The notes beneath the pieces are model-generated. The model ran no database searches and was not told the DNA's origin. It saw nothing but the letters and a program-made list of their open reading frames with translations. From Planctomycetota bacterium (GTDB lineage Bacteria > Planctomycetota > PLA2 > JAEUHO01), in the NCBI GenBank assembly GCA_965223505.1, contig CBDCWP010000021.1:320001-384000 (forward strand): a stretch of DNA of 64,000 nt, written 5' to 3'. Each line of letters starts with the position of its first letter. Positions within the stretch are counted from its first letter, which is position 1. The translations under genes and the position numbers were made by a program. Shown one piece after another: positions 41,601 to 51,012 of the stretch.

Positions 41601-43052
41601 GGATTCGAGGCGCTCGAGCGCCGCCCGCGCTTCGGTGTCGTCGACGCCTTCCGATCGGGCGACATCCACGGCCCGCTGCGCCGACGCGACGGCGCCGGCC
41701 CAGTCGCCGATCACCTCGTGCTTGCCGGCTTCGCGCAGCGCTTCGGCGACCAACGGCGCCGCCCGCGCTTCGCGCGCATCGCGTGCGCCCTTCCACCACA
41801 GGTACCCGCCGCCCATCGCGATGATCGAGATCGCGGCAACGGCGCTGAGCGTGAGCACGTTCTTGCGTTTCCTGCGCTCCTTCGCGATGCGATTCTCGGC
41901 CTCGAGCGCGTCGAGCTCCGACTTCAGCGCCTCGCTCTCGACCGCGGCGAAGTGTGCCGCCATGCGTTCTTCGACGATGCCGGCGTGGCGCGGACGATCG
42001 GGAGGCAGCGGCTGGAGGCAGTCCCGACACAGCTTCTTCAGCGGCTCCGGGGCGTCGGCGGCGTCGAGCCGTGCGTACGCGTCGTCGAGGCGGCACTGGG
42101 TCGCCGCGACGAGCTGGTCGCGGACCTCGCCGGTGTAGGGCGCTTCGCCGGTCAGGATCTCGCACAGGATCGCTCCGAGCGAGAACACGTCGGCGCGTTC
42201 GTCGAGGTCGTCCACGCGACCGAGCGCCTGCTCGGGCGGCATGTACGCGGGCGTCCCCATGACGCTTCCCGCCATCGAGTCCGATCTACCCGAGCTACGA
42301 AGTGTGGCGATGATCGTGCCGTCGGCCTGGCGCGCGACCTCGTCGCGTCCGATCACCTTGCCGAAGCCCCAGTCGACGACGAGCACCTCGCCGAACGAGC
42401 CGATCATGATGTTCGCCGGCTTCAGGTCTCGGTGGATGACGCGGCGCGAGTGCGTGTAGGCGATGGTGAGGGCGACGGCCTCGAAGACGCTCAGGAGGTC
42501 GATGCCCTTCGGGTTGCTCTGCAGCAGGTCGGCGAGGGTGCGCCCCTTGATCAGCTTCATCGAGAAGCTCGGCCGTCCGTCGGACTGGAGCCCGAGTCCG
42601 TACACCGGGACGATGCCGGGGTGTTGCAGCTGCCCGCCGACCTGCGCCTCTTCGATGAAGCGCGCGACCACGTCCTCGCGCTCGGCGAACTCGGGGCGGA
42701 GCACCTTCAGCGCGATGTCGCGGTTCAGGTCCCGGTCGCGCCCGCGGTAGACGATCCCGATCCCTCCGCGCGCGATCTCGCCGACGATGTGGAACCGGCT
42801 GTCGCTGGCCGCCTCCTCCTCCTTGCGCTGGAAGACGAGCCGCTCTTCGCCGTCCTGCGGCTCCCGGAGCAGGATGCTGCCGTCGAGATTGTGGAGCCTC
42901 GAAATCGCGACGAGGATGCTCTCCCCGGTCTCCCTGGGGAACGGCTCGAAGGCCTCTCCCTCGCGCGGCTCGCCCGAAGCGTCTTCGCGGGGCTGGTTCG
43001 TCGGCTCATTCGAGCTCACTTCGGCGGGATCGTCGGGCCGGTCGTCTTTCAT
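38664..43052 (-). CDS. Large membrane Ser/Thr protein kinase with many TPR repeats
   Basis: [37 protein letters not shown] helix, long TPR array, C-terminal YNAAC motif. Confidence 0.93.
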   Translation of the reverse strand: MKDDRPDDPAEVSSNEPTNQPREDASGEPREGEAFEPFPRETGESILVAISRLHNLDGSILLREPQDGEERLVFQRKEEEAASDSRFHIVGEIARGGIGIVYRGRDRDLNRDIALKVLRPEFAEREDVVARFIEEAQVGGQLQHPGIVPVYGLGLQSDGRPSFSMKLIKGRTLADLLQSNPKGIDLLSVFEAVALTIAYTHSRRVIHRDLKPANIMIGSFGEVLVVDWGFGKVIGRDEVARQADGTIIATLRSSGRSDSMAGSVMGTPAYMPPEQALGRVDDLDERADVFSLGAILCEILTGEAPYTGEVRDQLVAATQCRLDDAYARLDAADAPEPLKKLCRDCLQPLPPDRPRHAGIVEERMAAHFAAVESEALKSELDALEAENRIAKERRKRKNVLTLSAVAAISIIAMGGGYLWWKGARDAREARAAPLVAEALREAGKHEVIGDWAGAVASAQRAVDVARSEGVDDTEARAALERLESEQAEHAKQLAIREQDDALLAELVAIRNLAPGSTKTVTGAGGGTGLVAMAPETWDRPGDRHKAMDAAYATAFESRFGSIGGGQERLRASRHAPEFAANIGYWCWLRKTMPALEGSDWRSLDTLAREIDPASIEIRDALVTEDGDALLEAVEARGDMLPLALVSQVAMNLIDLGRPQDAIDFLLPWNRRHPDEIMIHIRIALAARELAIAEDDPDEVDAALAQLELAIRHANAAVALRPEVDVGWYNLGLCLASAGEFEDAAHAFGRVVKLTPGYIDAYNRLADAQLHAHNPKAALATIEAALKVQPDDEGFLVRRGVILSEHLGDDDRAIDAFKQALTHSTDSWSANVGLALSYARNNDPDEARAAIREARERGKDSALAHAEIGRCYIELEDYDKAIEVTRQAIRMDKHQHGAYVTLGYAFQMKERLDEAIDAYDNAIELAPTIAAPYVHLSRIHLDRGNVTAALDAARSAVEFAPRNAEARARLADTLLASGDPSRAETEAEEGVELDPTNGWNYVYLARARSRQNNLEGALEAAREGTRRAPTLAATFRELARIHALRGDRTDAIAAHRRFVNVDREPDAKVRHPLALAQLYETLGDRKAARREFEAAAKADPEHLEATLGVGRMALQTADPDGAIEWFTKVVALDDTHARAHALLGIAHLEKNELDKARREIERSRSLGEQHWYVAMVLGDVLNRQSNFDQAVEVLEESLKGNSRSFRSYHLLGIAHAGAGDREEAEKAFRDCLNINVNFVPAWSRLGLLLAEMGASKESLAMHRKAVELSPDDPIARGRLGIQLWHEGLFDESAEELSKIVDELPNYAAALENVKKSIELAKALPDVLAGKKKPADAEEKVAFAEVARHKKDYAGSTRLYAEAFASDADVAADVKTNRLYNAACSAVLAGKEHHAQALAWLRADLELCRKLVESDPDFLRMRLPHSQRDPDLKVVRDALDRPDEWKQYWSDVDELIRLVQKGKR

Positions 43053-43059
43053 GTGCGGC

Positions 43060-44655
43060 CTACTTCTCTCGCTGGACGTACTTGCCGCGCCCGATCTCGG
43101 CGAGCTTTTGGAGGAAGAGCTCGTCGACGTCCTTGCCGTGTCCGATTCCGATCACGTGGATGCGTGCGTTCGCGACGGAGTTCCAGTCGCGAACCGCTTC
43201 CAGGATGCGTTCGGGGTCGGTGACCTTGCCGCCGGTCGGCTTCCCGTCGGTGAGGAAGAAGATCGTGTCGAAGTCGGGCGTGCCCGTTCCGCGGAGGATC
43301 AACCGGAAGCCGGCTTCGAGCGCGTCGTGGATGTTGGTGAGACCCACGGGCTTGATCTCGTTGATCCAGCGGCTCAGCTTTTTCTTCGTCGTGTCATTGG
43401 CGTGCACGACGCTTCGCGCGCTCCAGGGTACGACGCTGTGGTTGAACACGATCACGTTGAAGTAGGCGCCGTCGTCCAGGCCGTTCACGGCGCCGGAGAG
43501 CTCTTCTCGGAGCGTGACGATCTTGGCGTCGTCTCCACCCGGTCGGCCGCGCTTGCCCGGCGCCCAGTTCATGGACGCGGACACGTCGACGATGTAGAGC
43601 AGTCGATTGCTGAACGTGTGGATCCCGTAGAACGTCTTGCTCTTGTCTTCCGGAACGACCGTTGGCGTCGGACAGGGGTCGGGGGGCATTTGGAACGACT
43701 CCTCGGCGTCCGTCCACCACGCGGACCACGGCTCGAAGTAGGGGCCGTGCGTCTGGCCTGTCATCGACACGAGGGCTTCGCGCGCGTCGTCGCGCAGGCG
43801 GCCGAGGTTGTCACGCTTCAGGAAGTCGATCATCGGCGCGATGCCGCGCCGGTCGTGCATGAGCTGGATCGCGGCGATGGCGGCCGCCACCAGCAGGAAC
43901 TCACTGGTCGCCAGCTCGAGGAACGAGAATGCCCGCTCGAGCACGAGGCCGTCGCGGCGTCCGGCGAGCGCGTTGAGTGCCGCGACCCGCGACGTCAGCG
44001 CGACGTCGGGGTTGCCGAGAGCGACGTGGAGCTCCTTGGTGACCGCCGGGCGTGCGACGGGCGCCAGCGTGTCCATCCAGCGCATCGGGCCTTCGGGATC
44101 CTTGCCTTCGAGCCACAACGAGCGCAGATCGAGCAACGCCGTCTCCAGGTCTTCGTCGGGCAGCTTCCGGAGAATCGATGCCGCGACGTCGGTGGCCGAG
44201 TCCAACAGCGCCCGATTGGCCCACCAGTGGTTCTCGAACGCTCTGGCGGCCGTGCGCGCCTCGTCGAGCTGCTTGGAGAGCTTGCGCTCCGCCTTGTTGA
44301 AGGCCTCCATGTCGCGTTCGGAGCGTTGGCTCTCCTCGAACTTGCGTCGGATGGCATCGAGCTTGTCGAGCAGCTTCTCGTACTCGCGTTCGGCCCGCTC
44401 CTGCGCGTTGCCGATCTTGTCGCCTTCCGCCCGCACCTTCCGGTAGCCGTTGAGCAGCTCTTTGAGTGCTTCGGCCTCCGGGCGTCCTCGAAGGCTCTCG
44501 AACGCCCTGGCCTTCTCGCCCGCGTTCTTCGACTTGAGCCGAGCCTTGAAGGCGTCTCGCGCCGTGCTCCACGGCGGAAGGGACCCATCGGTGTGCGCGA
44601 CGGAGCCGGTGCAGAGCATCGCCCCGAGCATGAAGATCGTCAGAAGAGTTCGCAT
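43060..44655 (-). CDS. Secreted coiled-coil/HEAT + von Willebrand A domain protein
   Basis: Signal peptide; [18 protein letters not shown] (DxSxS), [27 protein letters not shown]. Confidence 0.85.
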   Translation of the reverse strand: MRTLLTIFMLGAMLCTGSVAHTDGSLPPWSTARDAFKARLKSKNAGEKARAFESLRGRPEAEALKELLNGYRKVRAEGDKIGNAQERAEREYEKLLDKLDAIRRKFEESQRSERDMEAFNKAERKLSKQLDEARTAARAFENHWWANRALLDSATDVAASILRKLPDEDLETALLDLRSLWLEGKDPEGPMRWMDTLAPVARPAVTKELHVALGNPDVALTSRVAALNALAGRRDGLVLERAFSFLELATSEFLLVAAAIAAIQLMHDRRGIAPMIDFLKRDNLGRLRDDAREALVSMTGQTHGPYFEPWSAWWTDAEESFQMPPDPCPTPTVVPEDKSKTFYGIHTFSNRLLYIVDVSASMNWAPGKRGRPGGDDAKIVTLREELSGAVNGLDDGAYFNVIVFNHSVVPWSARSVVHANDTTKKKLSRWINEIKPVGLTNIHDALEAGFRLILRGTGTPDFDTIFFLTDGKPTGGKVTDPERILEAVRDWNSVANARIHVIGIGHGKDVDELFLQKLAEIGRGKYVQREK

Positions 44656-44937
44656 CGGCGGCTGATTCTAGGCTATTTCGGGTGCCGACGCGTGGCCTCA
44701 GGGCGCGCGGATTCTCGGCATCCGCCCGGAAGGACCGGGTCTTGCGGGACGACCCGCCACCCGCCTAACGCCGCAAGAACGACACGAGTCGTTGGAGCCG
44801 ACGTTCGGCGCACGAGGACGGACCATCGACTCCAATCGGCGGGCCCTGGGGGAGCGGCGGCCGGCGCCTGCCCAGCGCCGTCAGAACGACACGAGTGGAC
44901 GACTTCGCGGCTACGATCCCCATGCTCCGCCCGGCGC

Positions 44938-45027
44938 GGAGGGATGGCCGAGTGGTCGAAGGCACCGGTTTTGAAAACCGGCGTACCCTCACAGGTACCG
45001 CGAGTTCGAATCTCGCTCCCTCCGCCA
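44938..45027 (+). tRNA. tRNA-Ser(TGA), 90 nt, CCA encoded; island integration site
   Basis: GGAGGGA/TCCCTCC acceptor stem, CCGGT-TTTGAAA-ACCGG anticodon arm, long variable arm, GTTCGAAT T loop, GCCA end. Confidence 0.95.
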
Positions 45028-45131
45028 TTACATGGCCCTTAGAGGCCGATTCCGCGCGTTTCAGCTCCGTCGGCGGGGGCCGTCACTCGTCCACCCGGAC
45101 GCGCTCAGGGGTGCCGAAGCGCGCCTAGATC

Positions 45132-45151
45132 GTTCCCCAGTAGTTCCCCAG
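45132..45151 (+). repeat. Tandem GTTCCCCAG x2, candidate integrase arm-type sites (left end)
   Basis: GTTCCCCAG-TA-GTTCCCCAG; related inverted pair CTGGGAAAC/CTGGCGAAG at 58562-58582. Confidence 0.5.
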
Positions 45152-45305
45152 CGTGGCCGTCGTGCGTCACGAGTCCACGCCACCGGCTATGCTCGGGACC
45201 GAAGAGATGGCCTCAGGTTCTGCGCCGGTGTCTACGGCGGGGCGGGTCGAGGTGGTGAGCGATGGGGAAGAGGCGGAGCCAGATGCTCGGAGGGCAGGTG
45301 CGGCG

Positions 45306-46448
45306 GTGAGTCTGATCGACCAGATGCTCGCAAGCCCGCCAGGAGACATGGGTGGGGCGATCGCGGCGAACCGCCTCGCCTACCAGCGGCTTTGGGCGAT
45401 CTGCCGGATCTTGGAGCTGCACGGTGGCGGCCAGGACTATCGGATCGTGTTCGAGTGGCACGATGACGTCTTGGAGCTTGATTCGGCGAGCGCTCCGAGT
45501 GCCGTGACTCTGTATCAGGTGAAGACCCGCAAGGGGGCAAAGGCCTACACCGCGGGAGAACTGACAAGGAGGCACGGCAAAAAGAACCCGCGCTCATGGC
45601 TCGGAAAGCTAGTCGCCCATGGATTTGGCGCATTCAAGGCCTCGGTGGCGAGCATGGTGTTCGTGAGCGCGCCCGGGTGCAAGTTGAAGATGGGCGACGG
45701 GACTGCCTGTTTGGATGCGCCCAGGGCGTGCCTCATCCACGCTGATGAAGATACGCTCGAGGAGATCAAGACCAAGCTCGCGACCGAACTCGGCGTCAAG
45801 GAGGCTCAGCTTCCGCTTGATCGTGTCTTCCTTTGGAACGCTGGCCTGGACTTGGACGACACCGAGAGCCATACGCTTGGCCGGCTCGCGCGGTTTCTCG
45901 AGGAGCACTTCCCAAAGGTCGTAGATGCGAACGCTCTGTTGAAGACGCTGCTGCGCGAGGCGAACCGCCGATCGTGCAAGGAGGCCCACCCAGCTTCGGA
46001 AGCCGAGCTATACGCCGAGCGGTCCATCGCCCGGGCGGACCTCGCCAAGATGCTCACCGACGCGGGGGCCTATGTCGGTCTGGACGCCTTGCGCGACAGC
46101 ATCGAGCGGCGCCTAAACGCAGACGGTGTGCCCCCCGGCGTCGTGGTCCGCACACTGCTAGAGTGCGAGACGTACTGGCTGGATCGCCGCGCAGACTCCT
46201 CGGCCCTCCTAGCCGATTCAAGGCAGCAGGTCATGGAGCGGGTCCGAGAACTCCTCTCCGCTGCCCCCGAGTCAGCCTCGACGCTATCCGATGTCGTGGG
46301 CCGGTGCCTTGCGCCGAAGACGCAGGAACTCGGCGCGCTTGAGGGTGCCAAGAGTACGACCTACATGAAGGCCATGGTCATGGTGGAGTTCTATGAGCAA
46401 TCACACGTTCCGCCGGCTGATTCGCAGCCTGAGGATCCGCGCGCATGA
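45306..46448 (+). CDS. lmuA: Lamassu effector LmuA-like protein (Cap4/DUF4297 dsDNA endonuclease)
   Basis: GG..A...YQ..WA, FEWHDDV, YQVKT PD-(D/E)xK-type motif; overlaps the SMC-like ATPase gene; start inferred at GTG 45306. Confidence 0.82.
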   Translation: MSLIDQMLASPPGDMGGAIAANRLAYQRLWAICRILELHGGGQDYRIVFEWHDDVLELDSASAPSAVTLYQVKTRKGAKAYTAGELTRRHGKKNPRSWLGKLVAHGFGAFKASVASMVFVSAPGCKLKMGDGTACLDAPRACLIHADEDTLEEIKTKLATELGVKEAQLPLDRVFLWNAGLDLDDTESHTLGRLARFLEEHFPKVVDANALLKTLLREANRRSCKEAHPASEAELYAERSIARADLAKMLTDAGAYVGLDALRDSIERRLNADGVPPGVVVRTLLECETYWLDRRADSSALLADSRQQVMERVRELLSAAPESASTLSDVVGRCLAPKTQELGALEGAKSTTYMKAMVMVEFYEQSHVPPADSQPEDPRA

Positions 46449-48154
46449 GCGACTTGCGATTCGAAAGCATCAGGCTGGTGTCGTTCCTAGAGCGAAAGTC
46501 GAGGCTGATCGAGTTCCACCCAGAGATGACCGCACTGGTCGGAGCGAACGGAAGAGGTAAGTCCGCGATCCTGAAGTCCTTGTACGCCACGTTGGGCGCC
46601 AACCCCTGGAAGGTCACCAGGGGGTGGCGAGAGGCGGGCGTACATAGCTGCCTAACCTTCACGCTTGGGGGCAGGCGGTTTCGAATGCTGCACGATGGGT
46701 CAACCCACACCCTGTTCGGTGAAGGCGACGAGGTGGTCGGGATGTTCGCAACGCATGGCGCGCTGGCTGAGTTCTACGTGCAGTTCCTTCGCTTCCCGAT
46801 GCGCCTTCAAACGCGGGAAGGGCCTGGGCGACAGGCGTACCCCGCGATGCTCTTCTTGCCCTACTACTTCGACCAAGACAAGAGTTGGGGGGACCCGTGG
46901 CTGTCGTTCCAGGGGCTGACGGCGTTCCGCGATCACCGTAGACATGCCGCACAATTTCATGCGGGCATTCGTCCGAAGGAGTATTACGACGCACTGGCGA
47001 GTCGAGACGCCGCGCAGTCGCGCGTCGGAGAGCACGTGTATCAGCGCAAGGTACTCAAGCGCACCTTGACTGAGGTGCGGAGAAGGATGGGGGTCGCAGA
47101 CTTCGACTTGGACCTAGATCGCTTCAAGGAGGAGTTGGCCGAACTCTTGGAACTATGTGAGGAGCTGCGGGCAAGGGAGCAGGAGTACAAGGCCAAACTC
47201 CTTAAACTCTACGACAAGAGGTCCGTACTCGAGACCCAGCTCGCCGTGGGTGGGAACGCGCTGGCGGAACTGCAGGCCGACACAACTTTCGCTGATCGGT
47301 TGAGTGAGGCAGAGGTGATGTGTCCCACCTGCGGATCCACGCATCTCAATGACTTTGGAGCACGCTTCCAGATCGCCGCGGATGAAGGGCGCTGCCGCGC
47401 CCTGGTGGCGGATGTGCAGACGCAGCTCTTGAAGCTGCGGGTCAAGATCGAGCGGTTGGAGCAGGAGACGTCTGCCGCGGGCCATGAGCTGTCGCAGGTG
47501 CAGCAGTTGCTTGAGCGAAAGCAGGCGGATGTCAAGCTGCATGACTTGCTTCGGAGCGAAGGGCGAGCCGAGTTGAGGGACGTCCTAGCCTCAGAGGTGT
47601 CTGAGCTTGACAAGCAGGCGGGCGAAGCAACGGCGCAGGTGGAGAGCGCTGTCGAGACGATCAGGGCACTCACTGACAAAGAGCGAGCCAGGAAGACTCG
47701 TGCAGAGTGGCAAGGCTTGTTCCATCGCAATCTCAGCGAGCTTGGTGTTGACGAGGTGGTGCCCGATTCGACGCGGCAAATGTGGTCGCCGATTCAGGCG
47801 AGTGGGTCCCGGACTCCTCGCGCGCTCTTGGCGTTCTACTTCAGTTTCTTGGAACTCGCGCGCCGGCACTCCACGAGCACCTTCTGTCCCATCGTCATCG
47901 ACTCGCCCAAGCAGCAGGACCCCGATTCGGCCAACTGGCAGCGGATGCTCGCGTTCATACGTGACCGCAGACCCTCGGGAGCGCAGATTGTCCTCTCGGC
48001 AACGGACCTCGCGGGCGTGGACATGGGGGGCTCCGTGATCGAGCTGTTGGAGCATCGCCAAGTGCTGTCAACGGATGAGTATGCGGACGGTGCCGCGGAA
48101 GTCTCCGCCCTTCTCGACATCGCGAGCCGATTCGCGGAGGAGCAGGGAGCCTAG
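46445..48154 (+). CDS. lmuB: Lamassu LmuB-like SMC/Rad50 ATPase
   Basis: Walker A GANGRGKS, YFDQD, coiled coils with central CPTC zinc hook, SGS signature, Walker B IVIDSPKQQD. Confidence 0.85.
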   Translation: MSDLRFESIRLVSFLERKSRLIEFHPEMTALVGANGRGKSAILKSLYATLGANPWKVTRGWREAGVHSCLTFTLGGRRFRMLHDGSTHTLFGEGDEVVGMFATHGALAEFYVQFLRFPMRLQTREGPGRQAYPAMLFLPYYFDQDKSWGDPWLSFQGLTAFRDHRRHAAQFHAGIRPKEYYDALASRDAAQSRVGEHVYQRKVLKRTLTEVRRRMGVADFDLDLDRFKEELAELLELCEELRAREQEYKAKLLKLYDKRSVLETQLAVGGNALAELQADTTFADRLSEAEVMCPTCGSTHLNDFGARFQIAADEGRCRALVADVQTQLLKLRVKIERLEQETSAAGHELSQVQQLLERKQADVKLHDLLRSEGRAELRDVLASEVSELDKQAGEATAQVESAVETIRALTDKERARKTRAEWQGLFHRNLSELGVDEVVPDSTRQMWSPIQASGSRTPRALLAFYFSFLELARRHSTSTFCPIVIDSPKQQDPDSANWQRMLAFIRDRRPSGAQIVLSATDLAGVDMGGSVIELLEHRQVLSTDEYADGAAEVSALLDIASRFAEEQGA

Positions 48155-48353
48155 TTCGGTCGAGTCCCGCGGTCGTCCTCCCCCACGTGGCAGCGCCCTC
48201 CCGGCCTCTTCACGCGTGGCGCCGTCGCGCCTAGTGGCTTGACAGCCGCCGACTCTGCGGACACAAGTGGTGCCCGGCTCGTACCTTAGGCGAGCCGCAG
48301 CCGACGAAGTGCCTAGCGCGGGCCGCCTGATGGCGCGCGAGCAAGGGGGCGGG

Positions 48354-49838
48354 TTGATCACGGGAGAACTACGGTCCAAGGTTGACCGCATCTGGGACAC
48401 GATGTGGTCCGGCGGGATCTCGAATCCGCTCTCGGTCATCGAGCAGTTGACCTACCTGCTCTTCATCAAGCGGCTGGACGAGCTCCAGACCTTGAAGGAG
48501 CGGAAGGCAGCGCGCACGAAGAAGCCGATCGAGGATCCGATCTTCGGGCCGGACCAAGACGAATTCCGCTGGTCCCGGTTCAAAGAGACGGCGCCCGAGG
48601 TCATGTTCGCGACTGTCAAGGACGAGGTCTTCCCATTCATCAAGACCCTCGGGCAGAAGGACGACGACGACGGAGAGGGGGCGTCGACCTACACGCACCA
48701 CATGAAGGACGCGATCTTCATGTTCCCGAAGGCCAGCCTCCTGGCGAACGTGGTCGACCAGCTCGACGGCATCGAGATGGCCGACATCGACACGAAGGGC
48801 GACCTCTACGAGTACATGCTCGGGAAGATCGCGAGCGCCGGGCAAAACGGTCAGTTCCGAACGCCGCGCCACATCATCAAGCTCATGGTCGATATGACGA
48901 CGCCGACGCCGAAGGATGTGATCTGCGATCCCGCGTGTGGAACCGCGGGATTCCTCATTGCCGCTTCCGAATACATGAAGGAACACCACGGCGACGCGAT
49001 CTACAAGGACGCCGTATCCCGTCACCGCTTCAACGAACGGACCTTCCACGGCTACGACTTCGACAGCACAATGCTCCGAATCGGGAGCATGAATATGCTG
49101 CTCCACGGGGTCGAGAACCCGGACATTCGATATCGGGATTCGCTTGCGCAGGCCGACGATGACGACGCCGAGAGGTTCTCGTTGGTGCTGGCCAATCCGC
49201 CGTTCGCCGGAAGTCTGGACTACGAGTCGACCGCGAAGGATCTGCTCCAGGTCGTCAAGACGAAGAAGACCGAGCTCCTGTTCTTGGCGCTATTCCTCCG
49301 TCTGCTGCAGATCGGGGGACGCGCCGCCGTCATCGTCCCCGACGGCGTTCTGTTCGGTTCGTCCAAGGCACACAAGGCGCTGCGGAAGATGCTCGTCGAG
49401 GATCAGAAACTCGACGCCGTGATCTCGATGCCCTCGGGGGTGTTTAAGCCGTACGCCGGTGTCTCGACGGCGATCCTCGTCTTCACGAAAACGAACTCGG
49501 GCGGCACCGACAACGTCTGGTTCTACGACATGCGGGCGGACGGCTTCTCACTCGACGACAAGCGCACGCCGCAACCGGGGAAGACTGACCTCCCCGACAT
49601 CCTCGAGCGCTGGAAGAGCCGGGACGCCGAGGGCGATCGAGCGCGGGCCGACCCGAGCTTCCTGGTCCCGAAGGCTGAGATCGCGGAGAACGACTACGAC
49701 CTCTCGATCAATCGCTACAAGGAGGTGGTGTACGAGCCGGTCGAGTACGACCCACCGAGTGTGATCCTGGATCGGCTGGCGCAGCTCGAGGACGAGATCG
49801 CGAAAAAGCGTGAGAAACTCGAGGGCCTGCTCGGATGA
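48354..49838 (+). CDS. hsdM: Type I R-M methyltransferase subunit
   Basis: ITGELRSKVDRIW, GQFRTPRHII, DPACGTAGF, NPPF; TTG start at 48354. Confidence 0.95.
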   Translation: MITGELRSKVDRIWDTMWSGGISNPLSVIEQLTYLLFIKRLDELQTLKERKAARTKKPIEDPIFGPDQDEFRWSRFKETAPEVMFATVKDEVFPFIKTLGQKDDDDGEGASTYTHHMKDAIFMFPKASLLANVVDQLDGIEMADIDTKGDLYEYMLGKIASAGQNGQFRTPRHIIKLMVDMTTPTPKDVICDPACGTAGFLIAASEYMKEHHGDAIYKDAVSRHRFNERTFHGYDFDSTMLRIGSMNMLLHGVENPDIRYRDSLAQADDDDAERFSLVLANPPFAGSLDYESTAKDLLQVVKTKKTELLFLALFLRLLQIGGRAAVIVPDGVLFGSSKAHKALRKMLVEDQKLDAVISMPSGVFKPYAGVSTAILVFTKTNSGGTDNVWFYDMRADGFSLDDKRTPQPGKTDLPDILERWKSRDAEGDRARADPSFLVPKAEIAENDYDLSINRYKEVVYEPVEYDPPSVILDRLAQLEDEIAKKREKLEGLLG

Positions 49839-51007
49839 GGCCTAGTGAGCGCCCCATCGGCGACCTGGTCGACAAGTGCGCGACCTGGAACCCGAAGCAC
49901 AACGGCTGCGACACCTTTGACTACATCGACCTCAGTTCGGTCGACAAGGACGTCAAGGCGATCACCGCAGTCGAACGCCAGGCGTGTTCAGAAGCGCCGA
50001 GTAGGGCGCGGCAATTGGTCGAGTCTGGGGATGTCTTGGTGGCGACCGTTCGACCCAATCTCAACGGGGTGGCTCTCGTGGGTCCTCCTCACGGCGGAAT
50101 GACGGCTTCCACGGGATACTGTGTCCTTCGCCCCAAGGGGTGGCTGCTCGACTCCCACTACCTGTTTCATTGGGTGAGAACCAGCGCATTCGTCGAGCGC
50201 ATGGTGAAGATGGCGACGGGAGCCAACTACCCCGCTGTGTCCGATGCGAAGGTCAGGCGTTCGGGCATTCCCTACGTTCCCATAGCCGAGCAGAAGCGGA
50301 TCGCCGCGATCCTGGATGCGGCGGACGCCTTGCGGGCCAAGCGCCGCGAGTCCCTCGCCGAGCTCGACGCGCTCGTTCAATCCGTCTTCCTCGACATGTT
50401 TGGGGACCCCGTCACCAATCCGATGGGGTGGGAGATGGGCTCCCTCAAAGATGTCACGGAGAAGATCACCGATGGCACACACAAGACACCTGCGTACACC
50501 GAGTCTGGGATCGAGTTCCTCTCCGCGAAGGATGTAAGGGACGGTGAAATCCGGTGGAATACCGGGAAGTTCATCAGCCCTGAAGAGCATGCACACCTCA
50601 TCAGGAGGTGCAATCCAGAGCCGGGTGACCTGCTCTTGGCCAAGAGCGGATCACTGGGGTCTGTGGCGGTCATCGACAGGGACCATGAGTTCAGCTTGTT
50701 CGAGAGTCTGTGCCTCATCAAGCGTGATTCAAAGAGGGTCGACGCCTCCTTTCTCGCATGCATGCTTGGAAACCCGACGATGCAGGTGCATCTGCTGCGA
50801 AAGAACAAGGGTGTCGCGGTTAGACACCTACATCTCGTAGATATCCGTGGACTTCAGATTCTGGTGCCACCGATGCGTCTGCAGCGCGAATTCGCTGCCA
50901 TCGTGGCAGCCGTTCAGGAGCAGAGACTCAGGCAGCGGGAGCATCTAGCCGAACTCGACACCCTCTTTGGGTCCCTGCAGGTCCGCGCCTTCGACGGAGA
51001 GTTGTAG
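49835..51007 (+). CDS. hsdS: Type I R-M specificity subunit
   Basis: Two TRDs; PIAEQKRIAAILD, FLDMFGDPVTNPMGW, PPMRLQREFA..LFGSLQVRAFDGEL. Confidence 0.93.
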   Translation: MRPSERPIGDLVDKCATWNPKHNGCDTFDYIDLSSVDKDVKAITAVERQACSEAPSRARQLVESGDVLVATVRPNLNGVALVGPPHGGMTASTGYCVLRPKGWLLDSHYLFHWVRTSAFVERMVKMATGANYPAVSDAKVRRSGIPYVPIAEQKRIAAILDAADALRAKRRESLAELDALVQSVFLDMFGDPVTNPMGWEMGSLKDVTEKITDGTHKTPAYTESGIEFLSAKDVRDGEIRWNTGKFISPEEHAHLIRRCNPEPGDLLLAKSGSLGSVAVIDRDHEFSLFESLCLIKRDSKRVDASFLACMLGNPTMQVHLLRKNKGVAVRHLHLVDIRGLQILVPPMRLQREFAAIVAAVQEQRLRQREHLAELDTLFGSLQVRAFDGEL

Positions 51008-51012
51008 GCCCC

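Noticed and set aside
39546..43223. 1225-aa plus-strand ORF and many similar long antisense or alternate-frame ORFs (e.g. 16169-18283, 6305-8395, 36634-38880)
   Set aside because: Shadow ORFs of real genes in high-GC DNA; Arg/Ala-rich and without motifs
44938..45027. tRNA-Sec that would decode the UGA at 34008
   Set aside because: The anticodon is TGA (reads UCA, Ser), not TCA, and the acceptor stem is a normal 7 bp
48155..48353. lmuC between lmuB and hsdM
   Set aside because: Only ~200 bp, with no convincing ORF or RBS
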